A program made the position numbers and the translations under genes. The notes beneath the pieces are model-generated. The model searched no databases, was not told where the DNA came from, and worked only from the letters and a program-made list of their open reading frames with translations. A DNA stretch of 63,278 bases, filler included, from Choristocarpus tenellus KU-1152 (lineage: Eukaryota > Protista > Phaeophyceae), in NCBI GenBank assembly GCA_964200185.2. It is 12 parts of 12 records of this genome, joined end to end, with 100 filler letters (N's around TTAATTAATTAA, not from the genome) between each part and the next. Parts side by side here need not be neighbours in the genome. Positions count along the whole stretch, not along the records: positions 21,820 to 33,121 come from CAXNAD020002399.1; positions 33,222 to 39,030 come from CAXNAD020009703.1; 10 more parts are not named here. One strand, 5' to 3'. Shown here in pieces: positions 26,736 through 38,499 of this stretch. The stretch's first letter is position 1, and every line of letters begins with the position of its first letter.

Positions 26736-29132
26736 TTACCTGGACCTGTGATCAGTCTCGACATGTCTCCGCTTCCTACTACAACATTCCAATAGTATCA
26801 TGTATTACTATGTATATACAGGGAGCTGCATAAACTGTATGGCAATGCTTCCATGCAACAAAACAAGGTGGAAAGCCTTCAACAGTACACATTACTACGT
26901 TAACACCTACGAACTACTGTGGAGGTCACTAGTACATCTCCATCCCACTTAAAGTCAATACTGTGGGCCTCATGCAATACCAGACTACCATAAGTAAACA
27001 CATAGTTGGAAAATCTCTAATTGAGAAATCATTATAATCCCAGATCATTCCTGATATGGGACGAAGGATAACACACACACACACACACACACAACTGAAG
27101 CGACTCTATACCTAGCATGAAGCTACTGTCAGCTGTTACACCCTGCATCCGATACCTGCTCTACTCTTCCTCTCACACCACCACACCCATGCAGCCTACC
27201 CAACCTGGCTTAAAGTAAGATAGTGCAATATTAGATTGCAGCCACCAACGGAGCTTGATCTCACACCAAAAAAAGCACCTACAATATCAATTGTCCCATC
27301 TCACCCTAACCCTAACCCTAACCCTCCTATACCTTCGGTCCTGACACATAGGACACTCCAGTGTTCCCAGCCCCCCACAGTATTCACACTTTCTGGGAAG
27401 CGCATCATCGCTCACAAAGAACCCCTTACCCCCGCATTCCTTGCACTGGACCTGACGGGCAACAAACCATTCCACAAAGTAAGGGAACAAGCAAGGCGAA
27501 AGAGGCGAGAGGCTTGTCAATGATCCACATAAATTCGATTGCATGATCACTTGGTAGGATAGGAGTGGGGAGGCATGGCGGCGAAAGGAACTTACTTGCT
27601 CATGCAACTGTTTGCAATAGTCTCAAGTAGGCATCCTCTGCAGTTACACCTCTACAATCCCTGATCTCCAGGTCCACTTCATATTACAAGACCTTTCAGT
27701 AGTCTCCTCTACCTTACGGTAACTCGGGGGTTTACTAAAGTTTCAACAGGGGCTGTCTGGGTGTCCGGAAGAGTTGTTGTTGGTGCTTATGCTACCAGGA
27801 CTTTTTTTTTTCCTCAAGCATATATGCTCGCCCACAAGAGTAGTGCTCTGGCACATTTCTCATGGGGAATCAGAATGCACCAATAACAAGGGGGTTGGAC
27901 ATTACAGTGGCAGGCATCGATTGGTGTACAATGCAATAGGATCTATACACTTGGAACGGAAGACTTGAGCCGTCAAAATCGGGAGGCGTCTTGCCTTGAA
28001 GATTGCTATACTGTACACTGCTACAGTCAAGACATGAAACATGAGAAAAAACTCACCATATCGTACAGACACCGTTCATGCAGTGTCAAGGATGTTGAAC
28101 TACTCAAAGCAGGTTTGGCCCATCAGATCTTAATCCTAACACTAACGCTAACCCAAGAATATTTTGTATTTGAAGGCGATTGTCATAAAAAAAAGTCACG
28201 AGGCAAAATGTTGTTCGTCATGACTCATTGTAAATCTCTGGAGGAAACCAAAACAACACGGAATATATACTCCCTTGTGTTAGCATTGCATGTAATGCGA
28301 TGAAGTATTGCATTGCTCACCCAATTCCCACCTAGCAGGTGCTCGTGCACATCCATCCTTCGAAGAACAAGCAACATTGGAAATGATACAGAGAATAAAC
28401 TCTAGTTACTAAAAGTCCAGTTCCCAATTTAACGCATCTAGGCAACACGATTCACACACGCCAAGTGCATGGGAAGAAACACATAACGTCGCACAAACCT
28501 GGTTTGTGTTATCACATGTAGCACACAAGTAGCCCTCATCAACCATCCAATCTTCTGTAGCCATTCCCTCTTCTTTCTCCCTAAGCCTCTCCCGCGTCCA
28601 CACGGGAATGAACGACATAAGCCCTCCCCATAATATCGCCTTCGTGGTCACGTTTATTATTTCTTGCAAGGAAGGGGGGGTAAAGTAGATCATGACAGGA
28701 CCACCTGCATACCACATAGCACAGAGCAGCAGCCAACAAGAGGAGGCTCCAGTGAGAGATAGAGGAATAACCATGTAACAGCTAGTCAGTTGCGGTTTAT
28801 TCATCAGCTTTTGAGTCAAATATATCATTGGAACGCACGGAAATGAATCGAGGGAGAGAGAGAGAAGCCGATTTTGTCGACCAACCTCCTCCTGGTCGGC
28901 GCTGTCGAGGGGACCCCCTTCCTCCCAATGTCATAATATTTTTACCAACCACGAAGCTCCCCCCAGATGCCGGAGCCAGCACCTTCATCGAGGTAGATCC
29001 AGTCCATACTCTTCCCTTTACCATGTTTGGCCCTGACACAAAGCTTGGGGCAGTGTACAGCCTACGGCTATGTCGACTAGCCGTTGTTACACATAGCAAT
29101 ACAACCACGCCCAAGCCTGTGAGCAGACGCAT
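26736..29132 (-). CDS. DnaJ-type (CxxCxGxG) zinc-finger protein without J-domain, probably plastid-targeted; exons 29132-28946, 28704-28499, 27451-27333, 26778-26736
   Basis: Spliced product contains CATCDNTNQ|VQCKECGGKG...KCEYCGGLGTLECPMC. N-terminus MRLLTGLGVVVLLCVTTA is signal-like, followed by an Arg/Ser-rich stretch and one hydrophobic helix. All GT-AG introns are phase-consistent; the last exon is least certain. Confidence 0.75.
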
Positions 29133-29441
29133 GGATATTCGAGCACCAATTTGCTGGGCGGGAGAAAGAAACAGAACCTTCTCCCACAGACAAGATGGAA
29201 AATGAATCTGGGGCCAACCACTCCCAAGTTGAGCTTGTTTTGATTTGATGAGATGCGGAGGAGGATCTATACCTGTTTCTGGCAGAAAGAGTATACCCGA
29301 AATATGAGCATGAATGACTTCAATCCAACTTCTCCTTTACTCCAGGTTTCAAGTCTCTGAATCATGAGGTCATGAGTTGTACTTGTCATTAAGCCAGCTC
29401 GCAGATGTCCTGCAACTCACTCTCGAGGAGGAGAAGGAGGG

Positions 29442-31806
29442 ATGAGGAATTTCATATGGACACTTTTGGAGCAAAGGAGGCCTCTGGCAGTTGTTGTCTG
29501 GGCTTTGATCATGGCATGGTGGACAAGAGTTGAGCCCTTGTGTGCTGTTCATGCCTACGTGTTCTCCGACTTTGGCCTCTCGGGGATAGCTCCCTTAAGC
29601 CGTGTCCGGGCGCCGCGATTCTTGAGGGGACGGTGGGAAGAAGAATCCTTGGGTCGGCGTGGCTCTTGCCGTTGTAGACGGGAAAGTTTGTGCTCTCTCA
29701 GTATAGGGACTGGTTGTGGTACCAATGGAAATGGTCGAATCCTTACCCATTCCGAATTACGCTCTGGGGTAGAGCCGCAGTGTGAGCTAGGGATGGATAT
29801 GGATACACTAGACATGAACCTAGATACCCTGGGCATTCAAATCTCGGCTGCGGAGAGGCCGGAAGGAGACAGTACCAGTGCCAGGGACGCTGTGGGACTG
29901 GTGGAAGACTTCGACCGACGATGGCCTCCACCGTCTAGGTGGCCAGAATCTAAGGGAGAGGATATGCCTTTCGAGTACTCAAAATTGCAAGAGGTCCGTC
30001 ATGATTCGCCCTTGATTGCACCTCGTTTTGTTTTATCAAATGTCCACTTCCTCATGTCTTTGTATGCAAGACCCTTACCTCGTTCATTCTTCAGTATTCA
30101 TTGCTCTCTCCCCTAGCCATGTACCTCCGGCATTGTGTTTGGGGGGTTCTACTCACGCGTAGACTCTCCGGTGCACTATATTCTCTCTACAATTGTGTGC
30201 TTTCTGGTCGCGCAGGGGATGAGACTTCCGTGCTCGGTCCAGCTTACACCAAGAGTGGAAGGTCGGTCTTTAGTATATGTGAATGGCACAAAAGCATCCA
30301 TTGGTGGGAGGCGAGAGGGACCAAACTTAGGAGCGGCTCGGCTTTCGGCAGTGACGGCTCAACAAAGGGATGTCAGGAACATGCAAGCAAGGGTCGCCAA
30401 TGGCGAGCTTAGGGAGGGGAATGGGCATTTGATGGGACATAGAGGTTTTGCCCCGGGGACAGGTTCCCATCGAATAGATGATGAGCCGGAGTCTCTGTGC
30501 ATCCGACTGGTTGGAGAGATGGCAGTCTCAAGGCCGGCATATCTTCAGGCAAGTGCTGTAGGAAATTCTGTCCAAGGCGGGTGTTATTGAGAGAGACATC
30601 CACACTTTCCCTCTCCCTCCTTCTGCCTATCCCTTCTCTAATATGTGCTTATTGCCCCAGACCAACTGACTTTATGGATACTAGTATTTAGTCAGCTGGA
30701 GTGGAATTGTAGAGTCCATCAATAGTGAGCATTGGAATGTTGGCAAGGGTTAGGAAGGGGCTGGGGGGCATAATTGCTTTGGTTCTCTGCTTCATTGACT
30801 TTTTGGCTTTCTATTAGAATCAGTGCTGCCAGTTGCAATTACAGGGTAAATTCGCTTCATACGCTAGTGTTTCTTCTGGAAAAAACTCCGACTTGTGCTG
30901 TCATGAGTGCTGTGTTCCACCTCTGCAGCTCTAATCTCGTATCAGATAGTAAAGGAACCTTCTGCACCTTTTGTGAAATAGAACAATGGGCATCCATATA
31001 CCTGACAGACTATGTTTAGAGAAGAAAGGGTAGATGCTGAGTTTGGTATCACAGGAGAAGGGGGACTTACCGTTGCAGCCTATTTATCCATAGCCTAGCC
31101 ATAAAATTGTGTAACAATGTACTAACAATGTACTACTTCAAGAACCTTGTCATTTGTCCATACTTACATGCTCCGAGTACCTTTTATTTGTTGCAAAACA
31201 TGTACCTTTTATTGTCGATAGTCCTAAGCGTCCCTGCGCCCAACAGGATCTGTCCCAAGCCTTACAAAGTGTGTGCTATTTGTATTGATATTAGAGTGCT
31301 ATAGTGGCGCAGAATATCCTTGCCAGCTAAAGGTGCACCACAAATTTGTCACTGCTTTTTGTTTTTTCAAGCACTGATCACTATAACCTGTCGTCGTGAT
31401 CCCCCTCTCCCCCACACAATGCATGTTTATTTTATTTTTAGGTGCACCAGGATCCTGCTGGGCAAGGGGACACGCTTTGGATATCACAATTTGGGCTAAC
31501 AAGGGGGGGTGCAGTATCATGTGTGGACCTGAATCCTAACCCTAACGCACAAAAGGATATGTCCAGAAGCCCCACCGGCTCTTTTTCTGCTGCATCGCCT
31601 TCCAGGCGTAGGGTAAAACCTAGACTGCGGGAGGTGTGGACAGGTCCTCTGCTGTGGCCCAATGAGATCAATCAGGTGTCTGACTCTTATCGGGAATGGA
31701 GAGGTTGGGGGGGGGGGGGGGGGCCCGCCGGCGGTTCCCCTCCTTTCTCTCACTCCATTCCTTTTTTTTTTTCTTTTTCTTCGCTTTTTTCCCNNNNNNN
31801 NNNGGT

Positions 31807-31848
<42 letters not shown>

Positions 31849-33121
31849 CCGATGGTGTTTCCCTTAGGACTCTTCAATCAATTCACTTTTTTTTTGTTTA
31901 TGAGATGTATGTTTCAAGGTTGATACAGAGATATCGAGGGGTTATCGCTAACACCTGTTTTGGATGTCTTTGCTCACAGTCTCCATAGAATGACTTCTTC
32001 TAGTACAAGTAAAAGGTTTAGAATATCACTTGGGCGTGGGCGTGGGGGACGGGAGACGGCGGAGGTCAGGGTGGCGGTTACAAATGTTTATATTTATTGT
32101 AATCTATTTGTACTTGTGTTTATATATATGTACTCTATTTGCTGGGGAGTTTCTGATTGGTTGGTGCGAGTATTCTTTCTTTTTTTTGTTGGTACGGAAT
32201 GTCGAGTGAAAGATTGGTTTGATTGGTCAACGTTAGTGGCAGTGCCAACACAGATCATCCCTAGGGGGGGGGGGGGGGGGGGGTGTTTTTTTTTTTGTTG
32301 GGTGGGTGGGGGGGGGGGGGGGGGGGGTGGGGTGGGGGGGGGGGGGGGGGGGGTTGGGGGTGGGGGCTTGTTTGTATTTTGCAGGGTAGGCTGTCGGGGT
32401 ACCAAACTTCTTTCAGCAGCAAAATGTCGGTATAATTGCATTAGAAACAGCGATGTAGAAGGCATTTGTCATACAAAAGAAATGTACGGAGTCCATCGTA
32501 CCTGACACACATTGCAGGGCAAGAAGCATCCTTGGTCGAGTAACTCATTACTTTCCAAACCTCCTTAGGTGCCCCGGGAGGCCATGCAGAGGCTGGTCGG
32601 CAAGAATCGTTCTTCCCCCTCAAGCACGCGGTTGCCACTGTTGGGTAGAGGTCACCTCCTGCAAGAGGAGAGATTTTTTGGAGATGTGGGAGGGGAAAAG
32701 AAGGGAGGCGTGCGCAAAGCTTTGCTGGATAGCTGTAGCGCTGACGCCAATAACGAGCCGGGGGAGGGGGGCCGGGGCAAAAGCATGGAGGTGGCAACAG
32801 GGGTGGTCGGGNNNNNNNNNNGTGGTGTGGGGTGGGGGGGGAGGCGAATAGGGGGGGGGGGGGGGGGGGGGGGGGAAAAAGAAGGGGGGTGGCAACGGGG
32901 GGGGTCGGGGGGAAGGAGGAGGTTTGTCTCCCGACGGGGATTGGACAAGGACAAGGTCAAGGACAAGGACAAGGACAAGGACAAGAAGAACAAGTGAGGG
33001 GGGAGGTCTTGGCTGGATCTGAGGAGGTGGAGGATGGTGTGTTGGTAGCCGACGGATTTCTAATGCCAGGGAAGGCGGACGGGGGAGTGTATGTTGTTGT
33101 TGAGGATCCTGTTGGAGAAGG
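29442..33121 (+). CDS. FG-GAP/VCBS-like beta-propeller protein with N-terminal presequence, 3'-truncated; exons 29442-29993, 30216-30548, 31442-31675, 32569->33121
   Basis: Phase-0 splicing gives LWISQFG...GPLLWPNEINQ|VPREA...VLVADGFLMPGKADGGVYVV, resembling from memory a widespread uncharacterised WPNE/DGFLxPGK propeller family. Intron 2 uses a GC donor; the last exon crosses an internal N gap. Confidence 0.65.
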
Positions 33122-34699
33122 NNNNNNNNNNNNNNNNNNNNNNNNNNNNNNNNNNNNNNNNNNNNTTAATTAATTAANNNNNNNNNNNNNNNNNNNNNNN
33201 NNNNNNNNNNNNNNNNNNNNNTTATTTTCTTATTTTCTTATTCCTAACGGCCGTCCGTCCCGTGGGCGCACTTGCGGGGAATGCTCGGGGGCTGTTCTGT
33301 TCGTTCTCCACGCGAGAGAGAGTGACGGTAGTTTCCAGGGGATGAGCAAAAAAAACAAGGGTCGATGCAAGGGGTGCGAAACGCTGCTGCTTGTCGGAAG
33401 GGTGGCGGTGCACTCGTCAATACGCCCCTTTGCCATCATTGCTACCCTCAGTTAACGGATGTTGAGACACTTACTTGTATGCCCTTCAATATATATATAT
33501 ATATATATATCTACCTGTCCACCCGTCGGAAGCCCGTCGTTCCCCGCTAGACGTACACGGTCGTCGCTTGCTCTTTTCCGTGACGAGGCGAAAACGTTGT
33601 GTGTTGGTCATGAAAAAGACTGCTACTTTCACGGCGGGGTGGAGGTATATCTCGACACATGTCAAAGATCATCATCTATTATTATGCGCTCTCCAAGGCG
33701 CGTTTTTCCAGACCACACTCACACTCACTGCTCCATACCTTTTTCTTCTTTTTAATCATTGCGTATCACAAAATACACTCTCGCCCGATTAAAGGCATCG
33801 ACAAACACAAACATTAAAAATGTTCCACAAACCAAGGGATATGCTCTTTTTTGAGGCCATATTTTTTAGCAGTTGCACTCTGCTTGAAGCGTACCAGTAC
33901 TCACTGTATTTTCAGCGGTGTCCTCTCTATACATTGCCATAGGATCAGTGCGGCCTGTGTGTCATACATCGGTTGCAAGCCTTAATATGCTACAAAAGCA
34001 TGTATGCGTATCTCACTCCAAATTTTGTTGGAGGTAAGGCGTAATGAATCGACGTGTGGCATCTCAAATTTCATCAACTATATTCATTTACATATTTGCG
34101 CAAGATTTGTACGTATTTGCTGCAGCTGTAGCATATGGGGCACAAATCTTGCGCTGTATCTATTCTTCAACAAAGGGAAGTCATCAAAGATGTACATGTG
34201 TGTGTGTATGTGTGTGATATTGTCATCGGCAACAGAAAAACAAGCAACAGTTGCTGACAACAGGAATCTGCACGTGTGCCTCATGCAAAGAAAATCGGTC
34301 AATAGTGAAGGAAAATATCAAGAAAGACACAAACATGACCAGGAGCAAGTGAAGGCCTGTGCGCTGCCACACACCAACCTGTACCCCGAAATCAAAAGAG
34401 AAAACGGCTCGCATTGCCCCAGGAGAAAATATATGTATGTTTATGAGTGCTGAATGTTCGAAGCAGGGTCCCCGCATAGCAAAGCCAAAGGATAGTAGCC
34501 AACATAGCTAGAATGATGGTGAGTGATACCACGTACTGTTATCAGCATTGGTGACGATGGGAATAGCAACGTTAGCCAGTATGGAAACCTTACTTCGCAA
34601 AACTCTCATTCCGAGAGCATTAGGGGGCGAACACAGACTTCCACTCATCACGGGAATATTTGCACTCCATTGATCACATGGTGCAAACTGAACAAGTTC

Positions 34700-36200
34700 T
34701 CACACGATTGCAGTTGCTGGTTGAGGTAGTGTCGGGATGAAAAGAGCTTTCAGCAGGTCAACGCGGCACAATTTCAAGCGCAACCTACAATCTTCGTGAA
34801 GACCAGAGATAGAATCGTGGCACTGGTGCAAGTGTTTGCTCCTCTGCTATGCCACATGAACAAACCAGGGGGGGAGAGTGAAGGCACATGCTAGGGGCTT
34901 GAAATTCACTGTGGTAGTGTACATCATCGTCCATCACCGTATCCAACAGTGGCGAGACGTACTAGAGGAGAGGGGGGATGGGTTGGTGACCTCCGTCTTG
35001 CACGGACAAGGCACGAGATCAACTCATCTCTCTAGGCTCCAACATCAGTCGTGCACTCATTACCATGTAGATGAGAGCCTGCTGCAGGTCTGATACAAGA
35101 AATGCAACCCTTCATTCTGTCTTCTCCAATCATTCCCTCTCAAACCCTAGTAAATATCGTCTCAACCCCTGAATGATACTCCTGGATCTCACCTTCGACC
35201 CACAGCCCTTGAAGAGAGCATTATCACCACACCCATCATTAGTGTCCACACCAGGGACTGCACCCACGACCTCCCCCTTTCCAGCCGCCGACTCGGTTGC
35301 TTCTCTATTCATCGTTTAGATGGACTTCACCACATCCCAGATTTGAAATATAAACTCTCCACAATTGATTTGTTTTAATATTTTATTTGACACGAGCAAT
35401 ACCAACATACACACACATGAATTGATCAAAATAATACTATTGTTCAAAGAAGGGCTTCCTGGTCGTATACCTGTTGCATCATGTAAGGTGATGAATTCAT
35501 CGATTTCTGGACTTGAACTCGATAATGTCACCCAAATCTCATCAGAAAGAGGAGGGCATTCTCTTCCTCGAGATCGATTTGGCAGTGATTGGATCAGGTC
35601 GCATGAGCCAAGGGAGTTTAGGAACACACATAAGTATGATGTTTCGAAATTGGATTGGATTCTTTTAATAAGGTGCCTCATAGTAAGTTTGGATGCTCCA
35701 GGAAGTGACCACTCTTTGCCAGTAGTGGAAATGTTCGATAACACAGATGGGAAGGCGCGGAATATCCAGTGTAAGTGGAGCTAAGGGGATGTTCAAGAGG
35801 ATTATGTCGGCACAAGAAACAAATATGTTCCCAGAGAAAGTGAGTTAGACGATATCCCTGAACGATGATGATGCCACGAGAGTATGTTCCCTTCAATGAT
35901 GTGTTAGACCAAGACTGTGCCCGCCAGTGTCAGCATTTGGTTCCCACAATAGACTGGACAGCCAAGTGTAAGGAGCATCAAAACACATACTACATGCGCA
36001 TGCACATACATACATCTCCAATTGTCGAGCCTGGAGGATACCTTCGATGAAGGAAAGAATACGCATAGGTTTACAAGTAGTTTCATCTGCCTGTATGTGT
36101 TTCTAAGCAGGTTTCTCGCTCTCTTGTTTTCGAATACACCACACCATTGATGGTATACCGGAAGACCTTTACTACTACAGTGTTGACAGTCGGTTCCTGC
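34700..36200 (-). mobile_element. Possible decayed hAT transposase remnant
   Basis: LSDEIWVTL...PSL helix pattern and an LEPR (LDPR-like) motif; many stops. Confidence 0.3.
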
Positions 36201-36556
36201 ATCAACTTTGCCGTAGCATAACTTCTGATCAGCAACATTTTTTCCATGAAAATGACTTTGTTGTAATCGCATCAGCATGCTTAACCTCATTTGATGGGTC
36301 TCGGTTGGTCAACTTGCAGTAATCGTGAGAAATACAGGACCATACTTAAACCAAGTAGTCCCCGCGCGCGAACCGCGCATGTAAGGATCTTTTTGACGTC
36401 AGAAGAGCCCATCTTCACCTAGAAAACATGCGCGTTGTTGTCTCTCCATTCTCTTTCCATTATTTCCCATTTATGCGATGTTGTCACCTGCTGACTAAGG
36501 TTCACTCATGGGGAACCAGGCCTCTGAACCAGACAATCCATGCCAAGTCTAATGAG

Positions 36557-36830
36557 CTATTCTGAAGGTGCAAGCCTCCTGTGAGACTTAAATGTCTTGT
36601 ACACCCTGTCCAGTTTGGTGCACTCCATGCCTTTCTCGTTGGAATATATCAGGTGGTAAGCAATACTCTTCCTGAAGAACCTCTCCACAACTACTCTGGA
36701 TAGCCCCCCTTCATCCTTAAGACTGACAGGAATGCTGGCTCTCATTCCAGGCAAGGTGTAGTCACAATAGCTTCGTACATAGTGCTTCGCCCGCCCCCAG
36801 ACCATCTCTATCGAGTTCAATTCACAGTGT
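36557..36830 (-). mobile_element. IS630/Tc1-like DDE transposase C-terminal fragment
   Basis: HCELNSIEMVWGRAKHYVRSYCDY...RFFRKS matches the HCELNxIExxWGxxK catalytic-Glu motif. Confidence 0.75.
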
Positions 36831-36930
36831 CCTGTGAGGGACAGGCCACAACTCGGAGGTCATTGTGCGTCACAGTGTCCTGAAAGTGACTTGAACAGTA
36901 TAAAGCCGAGGTCCGCCAACATACCGTTTT

Positions 36931-37252
36931 GGCCGTTACCAATCTTGATATTTTTGAAAAGGTTGGCCAACGAGTTAATCGACGATCAACACATCAAATC
37001 AAAGCTCTTGATCTAGGCTATCAATTTACCCAAAGGAATTCATTCGCAAAAATATTTTTTGTCGCGATAATTAATTCCGAAACATTTTCAAGGTTGTTCC
37101 GAAAACATTCGGATAATATTTAGCTTTGCCAAAATAGTTTTGCGAAAGAATTCCATTCCGGAAATCGATAGCTTAGATCAAGAGCTTTCATTCGATATGC
37201 TGATCGTCATTTAACTCGTCGGCCAACCTTTTCAAAAAGATCAAGACTGGCC
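36931..37252. mobile_element. Foldback/palindromic MITE (~320 bp, imperfect inverted arms >120 bp)
   Basis: TTTTTGAAAAGGTTGGCCAACGAGTTAA...AAAGCTCTTGATCTAGGCTATC is mirrored by GATAGCTTAGATCAAGAGCTTT...TTAACTCGTCGGCCAACCTTTTCAAAAA. Confidence 0.85.
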
Positions 37253-37439
37253 TGATCCTAGAGGTGACTGCCAACACTATACTGTCTTAAATTCGAACTA
37301 TGTTCTCTCAGGGTAGCATTTCTTCTCTTTTATTTTATTGTTCTTCCTCTTCCTTCCATGACGATATAAGCAAAACATGATTGAGTCAAACCAACTGATA
37401 GGTAGGCAGGGTTGCACCTTAAGGATCCTGAGAAAGAGC

Positions 37440-37620
37440 AAAAAGATGCCTCTCCTCAGCGGACCTAACCGCTCCCCCATCACCCGGCATTTCAAAGACC
37501 TGAAGAAGTACAGGTCCATGATATTGAGGTCGGGGGAGTTAGATGACTGCGTGAAAAGCCTAATCGACCACCCCACAGTCTTCCCTGCCCCTAGAAAGAT
37601 TTCTGAATTGCCCCTTCCCC
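37440..37620 (-). mobile_element. mariner (DD39D-like) transposase fragment
   Basis: GWSIRLFTQSSNSPDLNIMDLYFFRSLK matches QPPNSPDLNxLDLGFF; a second copy lies at ~63000-63225. Confidence 0.8.
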
Positions 37621-38242
37621 GTGTTAGCCCCTTCCCCGTGTTAGCCCCTTCACCATCGCCCCAATTGTACAGTTCATTTTACAGACTAGTTGTATCAGTT
37701 TGTAGATATGGGGTAGAAGGACAAGCGAGTATGTGAGGAAATACGACAAAATCTTGATGCGCGCTCGTTGGTACATGGAGCATGGAGCAGTGTGCCAGAA
37801 ACGTTTTCCTCCCCCAGTCAAGTCAGCTCATAAATTGATAGTTACCACATCTACTTTGTAATATAACACAATAAGTGGAAAATAGTAGTATACCCACCCC
37901 AATTATATTAGAGTATTTACTGTGGAACTAGTGAATAGTCACAATTGCTTTGGATGGTTGTTGCTTGGTCAAGGTTAGAAGTAGATAACTCATGCCATAT
38001 TTTGAACATGTAGTATAAAATGAACAATTACCACGATTGGGAACATTATGACAGATGGGTGTTGGTATTGGTGTAACAGTTTTCTCTTGTTCCTCAAATA
38101 CCAGACAGAGTGTCAGGTATATAATCAGTTTACTATGTTTGTGTCTTGCGGTAAAATCAGAAGCTTGGAGTGCCATAGCTCAACGAGTATGAATATTATT
38201 GTTGTCCTGCACAGTAAAAGTAGGTGACACAATGCGCCATGT

Positions 38243-38499
38243 GAGTCATACCAATTGAGAGGTAGTCAGGTTTGGACCCTTTTCCATTCTATACCACCTT
38301 TCTTACCCTTTGAAATACACTCTATTTATTACTTTGTGTGTACAATTGTGTACGCAAAATTGATATCCCCCATTCCACATACAACGTGATAACACTATCA
38401 TGTAAGGGCTCTTTCTGCAATTGTACAAAATTACTTTTGATTGCCGTTTCTTGGGGTCCTTAAAGTGTAACCTTGCCTACCTTTCTATTGGTTTGGTTC
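38243..38499 (+). mobile_element. MITE family C
   Basis: GAGTCATACCAATTGAGAGGTAG...CCTACCTTTCTATTGGTTTGGTTC. Confidence 0.85.

Noticed and set aside
32500-32660. Minus-strand exon with plausible splice sites
   Set aside because: Overlaps the better-supported plus-strand exon that continues the WPNE...VP motif.
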